Below, piece by piece: positions 8,157 through 17,814 of a stretch of DNA of 20,408 nt. The stretch comes from Marine Group I thaumarchaeote. Lineage in GTDB: Archaea; Thermoproteota; Nitrososphaeria; Nitrososphaerales; Nitrosopumilaceae. The stretch lies in the NCBI GenBank assembly GCA_044358425.1, contig CP054849.1, positions 46,102-66,509 of the forward strand. Reading direction: 5' to 3'. Position numbers and translations under genes: made by a program. Below the pieces are notes generated by a model. The model ran no database searches. It was not told the origin of the DNA and saw nothing but the letters and a program-made list of their open reading frames with translations. The stretch's first letter is position 1. Each line of letters starts with the position of its first letter.

Positions 8157-9671
8157 TCATATTGTTTTCAAAAATTTTTCTGAATCATCTTTGATTTGTT
8201 TTTTCTTATCTTCTGACATATTTTTAATAGTTGAAAATACTGTCCAAAGTCTTGGATTCTTTTTTAATTTATTTTGATTTTTTAAAAAAAAGTTCCAATA
8301 AAGATAATTAAATGGACATGCATTTTTACCATTTTTTAATTTAACATCATATTCACAATTCTTACAATAGTCTGACATTTTATTGATGTAATTTCCACTT
8401 GCAGCATATGGTTTAGAACCCAGAATTCCTCCATCAGCATAAAGAATCATTCCATGTGTATTAGGCAATTCTACCCATTCAAAAGCATCTGCATATACAG
8501 ATAGATACCAATCACAAACTTGTTTAGGCTCAATTCCTGCAATTAATGCAAAATTTCCAGTAATCATTAATCTTTGAATATGATGTGCATATGCTTCTTG
8601 TTTAGTCTGTTCAATACAGTTTTTCATACAATTCATTTTTGTTTTTCCATCCCAGTAAAAATTTGGAATTTTATTTTTTGCATTAAAAAAATTTGTTTGA
8701 TTATATTTTGGCATAAAGTGCCAGTAAATCCCTCTTACATATTCTCTCCATCCTAAAATTTGTCTTACAAATCCTTCTACTGATTCAATTGGTAAATCCT
8801 TTTTTTGTAAAACTTTTTCAATTACTTCATGTGGATTTAGTAAGCCTATGTTAAGATAAATTGATAAAACTGAATGATAAAGAAATTTTTCTTTTTCTTT
8901 CATTGCATCTTCATACGGACCAAAAAATTCTAGTCTGTTTTTAATAAAATCCTCTAAACTTTTTACTGCATCTTGTTTTGTTGTTGCAAACCAAAATGGT
9001 TCTAAATCTCCGAAATGTCTTGTATATTTTTTATTTAATTGTGTAATTACACGCTTTGTAATTTTATCTGGTTTACAAATTAATGGAGAAGGAATTTCTG
9101 GATGATTTTTTGGTAGTCTTTTTCTATTTTTAACATCATAATTCCATTTTCCACCAATTGGTTTTCCTTTATCATCAATTAGAATTTTGTATTTTTTTCT
9201 CATTTGTTGATAAAAATTTTCCATTTTGAGTTCTTTTCTAGACTCTGCCCAATCTGAAAATTCATCTATTTTACAAAAAAATCTTGTATCTTCTATAATG
9301 GTCACTGGAATATCTAGTAATTTTTCCCATTTTTTTACCTCGTCTAAGACTCGATATTCGCTAGGATGTGTAATTATGATAGATTTTGGATTAAACTTCT
9401 TACATTGACGATCTAATTCTTTTGTAAAATTTTTCTCTGATTTATTAAATTCAACATATGTTACATCAAATTTATTTTTTTTAAGCTCATCTGCAAAATG
9501 ACGCATTGCACTAAATAATAAAACAAGTTTTTTTCTATGATGATTTACATATTCTATTTCATTTGAAACTTCCATCATCAATATTTTATCTTCATTTTTT
9601 CTAATTTTTTCTAATGATGAAATTTCTAAAGATAATTGATCTCCTAATATTACTATTAAATTACGAATCAA
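8157..9671 (-). CDS. FeS-cluster cryptochrome/photolyase (FeS-BCP; PhrB/CryB-type prokaryotic (6-4) photolyase)
   Basis: 'ILGDQL', 'HHRKKLVLLFSAMRHFA', 'GGKWNYD..NR', 'FGPYEDAM', 'EGFVRQILGWREY', 'HHIQRLMITGN', 'DAFEWVELPN', 'KPYAASGNYINKMSDYCKNC', 'ACPFNYLYW'; fourth Cys in 'MNCM'. Confidence 0.95.
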   Translation of the reverse strand: MIRNLIVILGDQLSLEISSLEKIRKNEDKILMMEVSNEIEYVNHHRKKLVLLFSAMRHFADELKKNKFDVTYVEFNKSEKNFTKELDRQCKKFNPKSIIITHPSEYRVLDEVKKWEKLLDIPVTIIEDTRFFCKIDEFSDWAESRKELKMENFYQQMRKKYKILIDDKGKPIGGKWNYDVKNRKRLPKNHPEIPSPLICKPDKITKRVITQLNKKYTRHFGDLEPFWFATTKQDAVKSLEDFIKNRLEFFGPYEDAMKEKEKFLYHSVLSIYLNIGLLNPHEVIEKVLQKKDLPIESVEGFVRQILGWREYVRGIYWHFMPKYNQTNFFNAKNKIPNFYWDGKTKMNCMKNCIEQTKQEAYAHHIQRLMITGNFALIAGIEPKQVCDWYLSVYADAFEWVELPNTHGMILYADGGILGSKPYAASGNYINKMSDYCKNCEYDVKLKNGKNACPFNYLYWNFFLKNQNKLKKNPRLWTVFSTIKNMSEDKKKQIKDDSEKFLKTI

Positions 9672-9737
9672 AGTGAATCAATTTTAAATAAATTTCTTAA
9701 CTTATTACCCTTGTTTCAAATAATGAAATTTTTTATA

Positions 9738-10379
9738 TTAATTAGATGATTCAGCTCTAATTAATTTAAAAATTGCATTGATAATTGCTGATGCTGAAGA
9801 ACTTCCTCCTTTTCTTCCTAAATTAGTTATGAATGGAGTTCCTTGTAATTTTGATAATTCTTCCTTTGATTCTGGTGCACAAATGAATCCAACTGGTATT
9901 CCTATGATTAATGCTGGTTTAACAATTCCTTCGTTTACCATTTCAATTACTTCCATTAAAGCAGTTGGTGCATTTCCTATTGCAACTATTCCCCCATCGA
10001 TATCATTTTTTGCAACTCTCATTGAAACTTGAGAACGTGTTTTTCCTTCATCTTTAGCTTGTTGCATTATTTCTGGTTTGGAAATATTGCACACAATTTC
10101 ATTACCAAAATCTTTTGGGTTTTGTTTATTGAGTCCGCCGATTACTCCATTTACATCCACTACTATACTACATCCATTTTTGAGAGCATTCATACCACTT
10201 TCTATAGCATCTTTCTGAAAAATGAGCCTATTTTTATCGGCAAAATCAAAATCAGCAGTAGAATGAATTATTCTTCTTACAATAGGCCATTCTTTTTCAT
10301 TATAATTATGTGATCCAATTTCATCTTCGATCATTTTCATGCTTGCATCTTCGATTGATTGGCCTTTCTTAGTTTGCAT
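9738..10379 (-). CDS. cbiC: (Cobalt-)precorrin-8 methylmutase
   Basis: 'RRIIHSTADF', 'AIGNAPTAL', 'IGIPVGF', 'GRKGGS'. Confidence 0.96.
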   Translation of the reverse strand: MQTKKGQSIEDASMKMIEDEIGSHNYNEKEWPIVRRIIHSTADFDFADKNRLIFQKDAIESGMNALKNGCSIVVDVNGVIGGLNKQNPKDFGNEIVCNISKPEIMQQAKDEGKTRSQVSMRVAKNDIDGGIVAIGNAPTALMEVIEMVNEGIVKPALIIGIPVGFICAPESKEELSKLQGTPFITNLGRKGGSSSASAIINAIFKLIRAESSN

Positions 10380-11121
10380 TCTCTACTTCCTTTGCTCTTT
10401 CTAATATTAAATCTACCATTTTTTGATCTGTCCCAATATGTTTTGTAATATAGCTTTTCTTAATATTAGAATTTTCTAATGCTGGTATCAAATCATTATT
10501 GATATCTGTTTTAACGTGTGCCCCTTCATGAAGAAAATAAAATACATTAACTAGAACATTTGGATTATTTTTTTCAACAGTTTTAATTCCTTCAAAAATA
10601 TCTGGTTGTTCTATTTCTAACCATGATCTACTTACATTTCTGTAACTGTCTTTTAATCCATTTACAATATAATCAAGTGATCTTTGTGCATTAGGATCTA
10701 CACTTCCATGACCAATAATCATTACATCTACATCCTTATTTTCTAAAGTAATTTGATTCTCTTTTAATGTTGAGTTTACTCTACTTTGAACTATTTCTAC
10801 CAAAGTTTTATGCATCATCATTGGTTTGGTAACAAGAAATTTTATTTTAGTATCTTTTTGAAACTTCATTACATCAGTAACTGCATTTTTTACTTTTTTT
10901 CCTGGATATAGAAAATATGGAACTATTGTAAGTGTATCAATATCTTGTTTTAGAGTTTTTTCAATTCCATCTTCAATAAATGGTGGTTCAACCTCTAAAA
11001 AACAAAAATCAACAAAAGAATATTCACCCTTATCTCTAATTCCTTCACAAATTACTTCTAATTCTTCAGATGCTTCTCTTTGTCGACTCCCCCTATCAAT
11101 TATTAGTAATCCACGCTTCAA
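10369..11121 (-). CDS. cbiX: Sirohydrochlorin cobaltochelatase, two tandem CbiX domains
   Basis: Internal repeat: 'IDRGSR..CFLEVEPP..VPYFLYPG' and 'IGHGS..WLEIEQP..YFLHEGAHVKTDI'; lies in the cbi operon. Confidence 0.88.
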   Translation of the reverse strand: MKRGLLIIDRGSRQREASEELEVICEGIRDKGEYSFVDFCFLEVEPPFIEDGIEKTLKQDIDTLTIVPYFLYPGKKVKNAVTDVMKFQKDTKIKFLVTKPMMMHKTLVEIVQSRVNSTLKENQITLENKDVDVMIIGHGSVDPNAQRSLDYIVNGLKDSYRNVSRSWLEIEQPDIFEGIKTVEKNNPNVLVNVFYFLHEGAHVKTDINNDLIPALENSNIKKSYITKHIGTDQKMVDLILERAKEVENAN

Positions 11122-12170
11122 TCTATTTTCCTCGCAATTGCTACTGTTAAATTTGGTGGGAATTTCTGCTTTTCTACAATTAATTCCCCTTTTGATACTT
11201 TAATTGCAGCAGCTTCAGAAACACTTGCTGTACCTTCAAATGCTTTTACTGTGGTAGATGGATTTGGAGTAATAATTTCGGCAAGTTCTTCTCTATCAAC
11301 ATATTCTACAGGAATTTGCATTTCTTTTCCAAGATCGATTAATCCTTGCACATCTTCGGGTTTTTTAATTGAAACCAGCTTAGCAATAGATTTAGAACTC
11401 AAATTGAATTTATCTAAACAATAATCTATTCCCTCTTTGATTGTATCTTTTGTTGTATCCCAATGTAGTCCTATTCCAATAACTAGACTTTCGGGACGAT
11501 AAATTACAGATTCTTGAGATAATTCATCATCAATTTCTTCATCTGAAATTATTAAATGTGCTTTTGAATTTGATTTCTTTAATTCGTCTAAACTATCATA
11601 AATTTTTACATTTTTTGGTAATTCTTTATACCATTTTTTATCACCCGCTTGTTGATAGACACCAATAGCTTCTGCATTTACCATATGTGCACTAATTTTA
11701 GTTACTGTTGTTTCATCATCAATTTTCCAACCAAATTCTTTACCTACCAAATCTACGGCAATTGTTTTGTTTACATCTGCAGCAGTTGTGATAACTGGTA
11801 ATGCATTTAATTTTTCAGAAATTTCTTGAGTTAATTCATTTGCTCCTCCTATATGGCCTGATAAAACACTAATCACAAAATTTGTTTTATCATCAATTAC
11901 AATTACTGCAGGATCTGTTTTCTTATCTTTCAGATGTGGTGCAATTAATCTTATTACTGCACCCAATGAAAAAAGGCAAATTAATGCATTGGAATTTTTA
12001 AAAAGTTCAATGATTTTATTTGTTGTACCCTCAGAATACCATATTATTTCGTTATTTTTATTAGATAATTTCTCTGGTGCAAAAATGTTCCAATTAGGAT
12101 AAAGTCCTTTTAATTTTTCTCCAATTTTGATACCATTTTTTGTTATTGCAAGAACTGATACATTTTCCAT
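11118..12170 (-). CDS. cbiG: Cobalt-precorrin-5A hydrolase CbiG
   Basis: 'GAVIRLIAPHLKDKKTDPAVIVID', 'LSGHIGGANEL', 'VITTAAD', 'SVSEAAA'. ATG at 12170. Confidence 0.95.
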   Translation of the reverse strand: MENVSVLAITKNGIKIGEKLKGLYPNWNIFAPEKLSNKNNEIIWYSEGTTNKIIELFKNSNALICLFSLGAVIRLIAPHLKDKKTDPAVIVIDDKTNFVISVLSGHIGGANELTQEISEKLNALPVITTAADVNKTIAVDLVGKEFGWKIDDETTVTKISAHMVNAEAIGVYQQAGDKKWYKELPKNVKIYDSLDELKKSNSKAHLIISDEEIDDELSQESVIYRPESLVIGIGLHWDTTKDTIKEGIDYCLDKFNLSSKSIAKLVSIKKPEDVQGLIDLGKEMQIPVEYVDREELAEIITPNPSTTVKAFEGTASVSEAAAIKVSKGELIVEKQKFPPNLTVAIARKID

Positions 12171-12207
12171 AATCAAAAATTTCTAACTTTAATAAAATAC
12201 CTTACTC

Positions 12208-13290
12208 TTATGATTTTCTAGCAAGGATCTGTCCTTCAAAATCAAATAATATTACATCTATTGGAACTTTTTCTTCTGAATGTTTTCTCATATGCCTGTA
12301 TGTTTCACTACAAATTAGTTCAAAAAATCCAGTGATGTTATTTTCTTTGATTATTTCTGAAACGTGTCTTGCAGTATTTGCTTTTTTAATGCTTTGAATT
12401 ACTTCTTCATTGGCATTGGCTTTTTTTGCTAATTCCGATAAAAAATTCATATCAACTTTTGATCCTTTGACATGAGTTTGTTTTACACCAGCAGCCATCT
12501 TTGCTAGTTTTCCAATAAATCCTACAACATATGCTTTTTTGATATTTTTTCTACCGCATTGCTGTATTGTATATCCTGAAAAATCTCCCATTTGCACAAA
12601 GCAGTGAACTGGTAAATCAACAATTTTTTTGGCATATTCTTCACTTCTTCCACCTGTTGTTAATACTACAGTTTCGTTCCCTGCGGCAATTGCTACATCC
12701 AAATTTTGTCTAATTGATGCTGCATATGATGCTGTAGAAAATGGAATTACAATTCCACTTGTTCCTAAAATTGAAATTCCATCTTTAATTCCTAATCTGG
12801 GATTATCTGTTTTTGGTGCTAATTCTTTTCCTTTTGGCACTGAAATTACAATTCTAATTCCTTTTTTCTCAAGTATTTCTTTTCCAGTAGCTCTTAAATT
12901 TTCATTAATCATTTTTTTTGGAACTGGATTAATTGCAGGTTTACCTATTTCCAAACCTAAGCCTGGTTTTGTAACAATACCTACACCTTCACCACCATCA
13001 ATTTCAATTTCATCGATATTCTCTGTTAATGATAATTCAACAATTATTTCTGCACCATGTGTGACATCTGGATCATCACCACCATTTTTTATTACAGTGC
13101 ATTTTGCTTTTTCATTTTCAAATTCACAAGAATTAACTGGAATTTGAATTAAGGAACCTCTCGGTAAAATAATATCTACATTTTCAATTTTTTTTTGATT
13201 AATAATTGATAATAATGCTGATTTTGCAGCAGCTGTAGCAGAACTACCAGTTGTATACCCTGTTCTTAATTCCACTTTTTTCTCTGACAT
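12208..13290 (-). CDS. cbiD: Cobalt-precorrin-5B C1-methyltransferase
   Basis: 'LRTGYTTGS', 'KNGGDDPDVTHG', 'GGEGVGIVTKPGL', 'NPRLGI..GISILGTSG', 'GKLAK'. ATG 13290 (alternative 13305). Confidence 0.96.
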   Translation of the reverse strand: MSEKKVELRTGYTTGSSATAAAKSALLSIINQKKIENVDIILPRGSLIQIPVNSCEFENEKAKCTVIKNGGDDPDVTHGAEIIVELSLTENIDEIEIDGGEGVGIVTKPGLGLEIGKPAINPVPKKMINENLRATGKEILEKKGIRIVISVPKGKELAPKTDNPRLGIKDGISILGTSGIVIPFSTASYAASIRQNLDVAIAAGNETVVLTTGGRSEEYAKKIVDLPVHCFVQMGDFSGYTIQQCGRKNIKKAYVVGFIGKLAKMAAGVKQTHVKGSKVDMNFLSELAKKANANEEVIQSIKKANTARHVSEIIKENNITGFFELICSETYRHMRKHSEEKVPIDVILFDFEGQILARKS

Positions 13291-13383
13291 ATCTCTTTGA
13301 TTCATTTTCTAGTATTAACTCTTATTTCATTAATATTGGAATTTGTAGTATAGATTTAAAATTAAAAGTCAATTTAAATAATT

Positions 13384-14253
13384 ATGGCTAAATCTATTCA
13401 GGTAGTTGTTACTGGTGCAAGTGGATTTGTTGCAAAAAATCTAAGAAAATATTTATCTGAAAATAATATTGATTTGATTTCAATTTCAAGAAATGATTTT
13501 AAAACATATAAAAATGAACAAAAAATTATTTCTAAAGATTATGATGAAAAACTCATTATTAATAAAATCAAAAATTCTGATGTATTAATTCATCTTATAG
13601 GAATTGGAAAACAGTCTATAGATGTTGATTATGAAATGATAAATGTTGAATTAACCAAACGTATTGTAAATTTAGTAAAGAAGACCAAAATTAAAAAAAT
13701 TGTGTATAATAGTGGTCTAGGTGTTTCAAGTAAAACTTCAGTTGGATATTTCATTTCTAAATACAAAGCAGAAAAAATTATAGTTAATTCAGGCTTAAAC
13801 TACACTATTTTTAGACCCTCGTACATTGTAGGAAAAGATGATTTGTTCACAAAATTCTTAAAAAAACAGATTAAAATCAAAACAATTGAAATACCTGGTT
13901 CTGGTAGTTACTCAATTCAACCAATTTCTATAAATGATGTCGTAAAAATTATTTTTCAATCTTTTAATGAAATTAAATTTAAAAATAAAATATACGATCT
14001 TGTTGGACCTGATTATCTAACGTTTGAACAATATGTAAAACTTTTTTGTAAAGGAAGTAAAATAAAGATAAAAAAAATTAATTTAGAAACTGCATATTAT
14101 GATGCAATTAATAATAAAAAATCTAATTTTGGAATTGATGATCTAAATATTCTCGTTGGTGATTTTAAAGGAAATTATAATCAATTAAAAAAAATTACAC
14201 AAATAAAATTTGAATCTGTTATAGAATTATTAAAGTCCGGCAGATTGCTTTAA
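13384..14253 (+). CDS. NAD-dependent epimerase/dehydratase (atypical SDR)
   Basis: '[11 protein letters not shown]', 'YFISK' YxxxK, 'IFRPSYIVG', 'QPISINDV'. Confidence 0.88.
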   Translation: MAKSIQVVVTGASGFVAKNLRKYLSENNIDLISISRNDFKTYKNEQKIISKDYDEKLIINKIKNSDVLIHLIGIGKQSIDVDYEMINVELTKRIVNLVKKTKIKKIVYNSGLGVSSKTSVGYFISKYKAEKIIVNSGLNYTIFRPSYIVGKDDLFTKFLKKQIKIKTIEIPGSGSYSIQPISINDVVKIIFQSFNEIKFKNKIYDLVGPDYLTFEQYVKLFCKGSKIKIKKINLETAYYDAINNKKSNFGIDDLNILVGDFKGNYNQLKKITQIKFESVIELLKSGRLL

Positions 14254-15396
14254 AATTTCTGCTTTGTCAGTTTTTTCCCAACTAAACTCTGGTTCATTTC
14301 TTCCAAAATGACCATATGCTGCTGTTTTTTTGTAAATTGGTCTTTTCAAATCTAGTTCTGAAATAATACCTGATGGTTTCATATCAAAATTCTTTCTAAC
14401 TAATTCCTCTATTTGGTTTTCTGGAATTTTATTGGTACCAAATGTATTGACATAAAGTGAAACTGGTTCTGCTACGCCAATTGCATATGCAAGTTGAACT
14501 TCACATCTATCAGCAAATTTTGCTGCAACAAGATTTTTTGCAATGTATCTACACATGTAACAAGCGGATCTATCTACTTTATACGGATCCTTTCCTGAAA
14601 ATGCTCCTCCACCATTTCTTCCAAAACCTCCGTAACTATCAACAATAATTTTTCTTCCAGTTAAACCTGCATCTCCATGAGGCCCACCAATAACAAATTT
14701 GCCTGTAGGGTTTATGTGAATTTTAATTTTATCATTCCAAAGATTTCCTAAAACAGGTTTGATTACCTTGTCTATTATCTCCTTTGTAATTTCTTCTTGA
14801 GATATTTCAGGTGCATGTTGTGTTGAAATTACAACTGTTTCAATTCCAGTTGGTTTGTTGTCTTCATATTTTACTGAAACCTGAGATTTTCCATCTGGTC
14901 TAACCCATGGTAATGTATTATTTCTTCTAACTTCTGACAATCTTTGAATTAATTTATGAGCTAACAAAATTGGCATAGGCATTAATTCTTCAGTTTCATT
15001 TGTTGCATAACCAAACATTAATCCTTGATCACCAGCACCTTGTTCTTTTTCTTCAGTTGCTGTAACCCCTTGACTGATATCTGGACTTTGTGAATGTAAT
15101 CTTAAATCAACTTTACACGTATCACCGTCAAACATCAATTCTTTATCATTATATCCAATTTCTTTGATTGTTTTTCTTACTAATTCTTCCTGTGCTTTTT
15201 TATCGAAAACTGCTTTTGATGTTACTTCACCTGATACAACTACAAAATCTGTTGTAACCATTGTTTCAACTGCTACTCTTGAATTTGGATCTTGTTTTAG
15301 ATATTCATCTAAAAATGCATCTGAAATATTATCACATACTTTGTCTGGATGACCTTCTGTTACTGATTCTGATGTAAATAGAAAAGTATTGGCCAT
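14230..15396 (-). CDS. metK: S-adenosylmethionine synthetase, bacterial/eukaryotic type
   Basis: '[13 protein letters not shown]', '[10 protein letters not shown]', '[10 protein letters not shown]', 'GGGAFSGKD', 'YGHFGR'. Confidence 0.97.
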   Translation of the reverse strand: MANTFLFTSESVTEGHPDKVCDNISDAFLDEYLKQDPNSRVAVETMVTTDFVVVSGEVTSKAVFDKKAQEELVRKTIKEIGYNDKELMFDGDTCKVDLRLHSQSPDISQGVTATEEKEQGAGDQGLMFGYATNETEELMPMPILLAHKLIQRLSEVRRNNTLPWVRPDGKSQVSVKYEDNKPTGIETVVISTQHAPEISQEEITKEIIDKVIKPVLGNLWNDKIKIHINPTGKFVIGGPHGDAGLTGRKIIVDSYGGFGRNGGGAFSGKDPYKVDRSACYMCRYIAKNLVAAKFADRCEVQLAYAIGVAEPVSLYVNTFGTNKIPENQIEELVRKNFDMKPSGIISELDLKRPIYKKTAAYGHFGRNEPEFSWEKTDKAEILKQSAGL

Positions 15397-15415
15397 AAAA
15401 CCACTCTTAATTTAA

Positions 15416-15661
15416 TTAAAGTTCATTTTCTAATTTGATAAATAATACGTTGTTTCCTCTAACGATTACTCTACCATAATTTGCAATGGTTTTACTATCG
15501 TGGATTTCTTCCGCATCAGTCATTATCAAATTCATATATGAATCGACATTATCCATTTTACCTTTGTATTCAACTTCGTTCTTTAATCTAACGGTAACTT
15601 TCTTTTTTGTACTTTTTTGAAGTATTGTTAATGGTCTTTTTGCACTATTTGATTGGGACAC
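15416..15661 (-). CDS. Sm/Lsm-like archaeal protein (SmAP)
   Basis: Sm1 'VTVRLKNEVEYKGKMDNVDSYMNLIMTDAEE' and Sm2 'VIVRGNNV'. GTG start at 15661 preferred over 15682. Confidence 0.94.
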   Translation of the reverse strand: MSQSNSAKRPLTILQKSTKKKVTVRLKNEVEYKGKMDNVDSYMNLIMTDAEEIHDSKTIANYGRVIVRGNNVLFIKLENEL

Positions 15662-15760
15662 TAAATGTTCACTTATTTTCAAAAATCCCTGTCTAGCATA
15701 AAAGCCTTGCCACGATTGTAATTCTTTAAATTTTTTCTTATTTTTCTATAAATTATACAA

Positions 15761-16414
15761 ATGATCTCAACTGGTTTAAAAAAAATAGATAATTTTCTAT
15801 CAGGAGGAATTCCTGACGGTGTAATTGTTGATATCTTTGGTGGCAATGGAACAGGGAAGACTCAATTATTATTACAATTATCAATTAATTCGATTAAAAA
15901 TGGCGGCAAAGTTTTATTTTTAGATACCACTGGAGGATTTAGACCTGAAAGAATATTAGAAATTCAAAAAAACTCTAATTCAAATGTTAATTTACTTAAC
16001 AACATAATAGTTTCTAGAATAACAAATACTTCAGAACAAATTAATTTGATTAAAAATTTTACAGAAAATAATTTTTCTTTAATTGTTATAGATAATATTA
16101 CTGATTTATTTTCTTATGAATATAAGAATAATCAATCCATATTCAAAAAAAATTCTTTATTTATGAAATATATGCGTGAATTATCCTTATACGCAGTTAC
16201 TCATAAAGTTCCTATTGTTATTACTAATATGATTAGAAATTCAAATGAGCAAGAAGTTGAAAATATGTCTACAGCAATAGATCTTTTTACTCATATCAAA
16301 ATCCATCTTTTCAAGAATTCATCTATTTACAATGGAGAGATATTTTCTCCTTTCAATAAAGAAAATTTTTCTTATACAATCACATCTTCTGGCTTATCTG
16401 ATTCTAATTTTTAA
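15761..16414 (+). CDS. RadA paralog lacking the N-terminal domain (RadB-like RecA-family ATPase)
   Basis: 'ISTGLKKIDNFLSGG', Walker A 'GGNGTGKT', 'FLDTTGGFRPER', Walker B 'LIVID', 'VITN'. Confidence 0.85.
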   Translation: MISTGLKKIDNFLSGGIPDGVIVDIFGGNGTGKTQLLLQLSINSIKNGGKVLFLDTTGGFRPERILEIQKNSNSNVNLLNNIIVSRITNTSEQINLIKNFTENNFSLIVIDNITDLFSYEYKNNQSIFKKNSLFMKYMRELSLYAVTHKVPIVITNMIRNSNEQEVENMSTAIDLFTHIKIHLFKNSSIYNGEIFSPFNKENFSYTITSSGLSDSNF

Positions 16415-17814
16415 TTTTTCTTAATAATTTTTGAATGTGCTGTCAAAAATAATTCTATTCTACCTTCTCCAAAATTATTTGCTTTAGCATTTAATCCCGT
16501 TATGGAAATAATTTCTCCTAATTCACATTTGTCAATTAATTTTGCTTGATTTCTCCATCCTTTTACCCAGATTTGACCTGTATCATCTTCAACAAACATT
16601 TCTGAAAGAGAAATTGATTCACCTGATTTAGTTTGTATTTCCTTTCTTTCAGGAACTTTTAGCACTATGGATTCAATGCAATATGTTTGGTCTACTTTTA
16701 CATCACTAATTTTTGTTCTAATTTTAGATAATGATGGAATTGTTTCATCATCATCTAATTTTCTTACAAATGAATTTTCATCTAGTGTAACTGAATTTCC
16801 ATAAACTTTTGATGGCATGCATTCAATTACATCCCCTTCAACACAAATGCTAGTTGAATTTGAAAAATCATTGATATTGTAGATGTTTTTTTGGTTATCT
16901 GTTGCTATAATCATATTTTTTCCGTCTTCAGTTGTTACTATTGATAAAATTCTTGCAATAATGGGTTCAGCTTCTTTTCCACCCTCAATTTCAACAATTG
17001 TTGCTTCATTACCATGAATTTCCAATCCTTGATTTCCAGATTTTACTCTAACACCTAACAATTTTACATTTGCAGACTGTGAAATCATATTTGGAATTAA
17101 TGATTCATCTTTGCCCCATAGAACAACTCTCATTGCAGATCCATCTTTTCCTTTTAGTCTCATTCTTAGTGCAGTTCCAGGCTGACCTCTGGAATTTGTA
17201 AATTTCATTCCACTGATTATTCCATCAATTAATCCTGAGATTGCAAGATCTTTTTGTCCTTCTTGTAATTCACTTATGTCTTTAGTAATTTTATCAATCA
17301 TTGGAATTTGACTTTCAGTTTCAACGGTTTGAATATTTGATCCTGAACCAATATTGATGGTAGGCGAACCATCTAAATCTGATTTAACATATGCTTTTAT
17401 GATTTTAATTAGGTCACCAGGTTTAAGATTTTCAATACCAGGTAAGTTTGCTTTTTCATCCCATAACTTTACGCTTGCTGTAGAACCTGAATCGTATACT
17501 GTCATTGTTCTTAAATCAAATGTTGAACCATCTTTTCTTGAAAATTGTTTTGTAGGTGAAAAATTTAAAACTCTGGTTTCTAAAGAAATTTCTTTTGCAC
17601 CTGCATACAAGTCCTTTAAACTAATTTCTGCTTTTGATGTTTCATCAAGTTTAACATTATAATCTGATGCAATCAAAAATACTGCTCCTTCGTCAGTAAG
17701 ATATCCAGAACCTATTTTCTCTTTTTTTTCTGCAATTTTTTGATCGATCACATCTTTGGTTAATTCTGGTTTTAGTTGTAACAGTTTATCAATAAGATTT
17801 TGTGATTCTGACAT
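16411..17814 (-). CDS. rpa: Replication protein A / multi-OB-fold ssDNA-binding protein
   Basis: N-terminal 'GYLTDEGAVFLIA'; repeated OB motifs 'DSGSTASVKLWD', 'MRVVLWG', 'EDDTGQIWVKGW'. Confidence 0.88.
   Translation of the reverse strand: MSESQNLIDKLLQLKPELTKDVIDQKIAEKKEKIGSGYLTDEGAVFLIASDYNVKLDETSKAEISLKDLYAGAKEISLETRVLNFSPTKQFSRKDGSTFDLRTMTVYDSGSTASVKLWDEKANLPGIENLKPGDLIKIIKAYVKSDLDGSPTINIGSGSNIQTVETESQIPMIDKITKDISELQEGQKDLAISGLIDGIISGMKFTNSRGQPGTALRMRLKGKDGSAMRVVLWGKDESLIPNMISQSANVKLLGVRVKSGNQGLEIHGNEATIVEIEGGKEAEPIIARILSIVTTEDGKNMIIATDNQKNIYNINDFSNSTSICVEGDVIECMPSKVYGNSVTLDENSFVRKLDDDETIPSLSKIRTKISDVKVDQTYCIESIVLKVPERKEIQTKSGESISLSEMFVEDDTGQIWVKGWRNQAKLIDKCELGEIISITGLNAKANNFGEGRIELFLTAHSKIIKKN

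Noticed and set aside
8574-10313. Short plus-strand ORFs 8574-8756, 9226-9408, 9778-10032, 10029-10313
   Set aside because: All are antisense to well-supported photolyase or cbiC genes.
13291-13383. Cobalamin riboswitch upstream of the cbi operon (also considered at 6553-6637 and 7994-8156)
   Set aside because: Spacers are short and AT-rich, and no B12-box consensus was recognisable.
12629-17662. Plus-strand ORFs 12629-13147, 14457-14648, 15164-15352, 17354-17662
   Set aside because: Antisense shadows of cbiD, metK and rpa.
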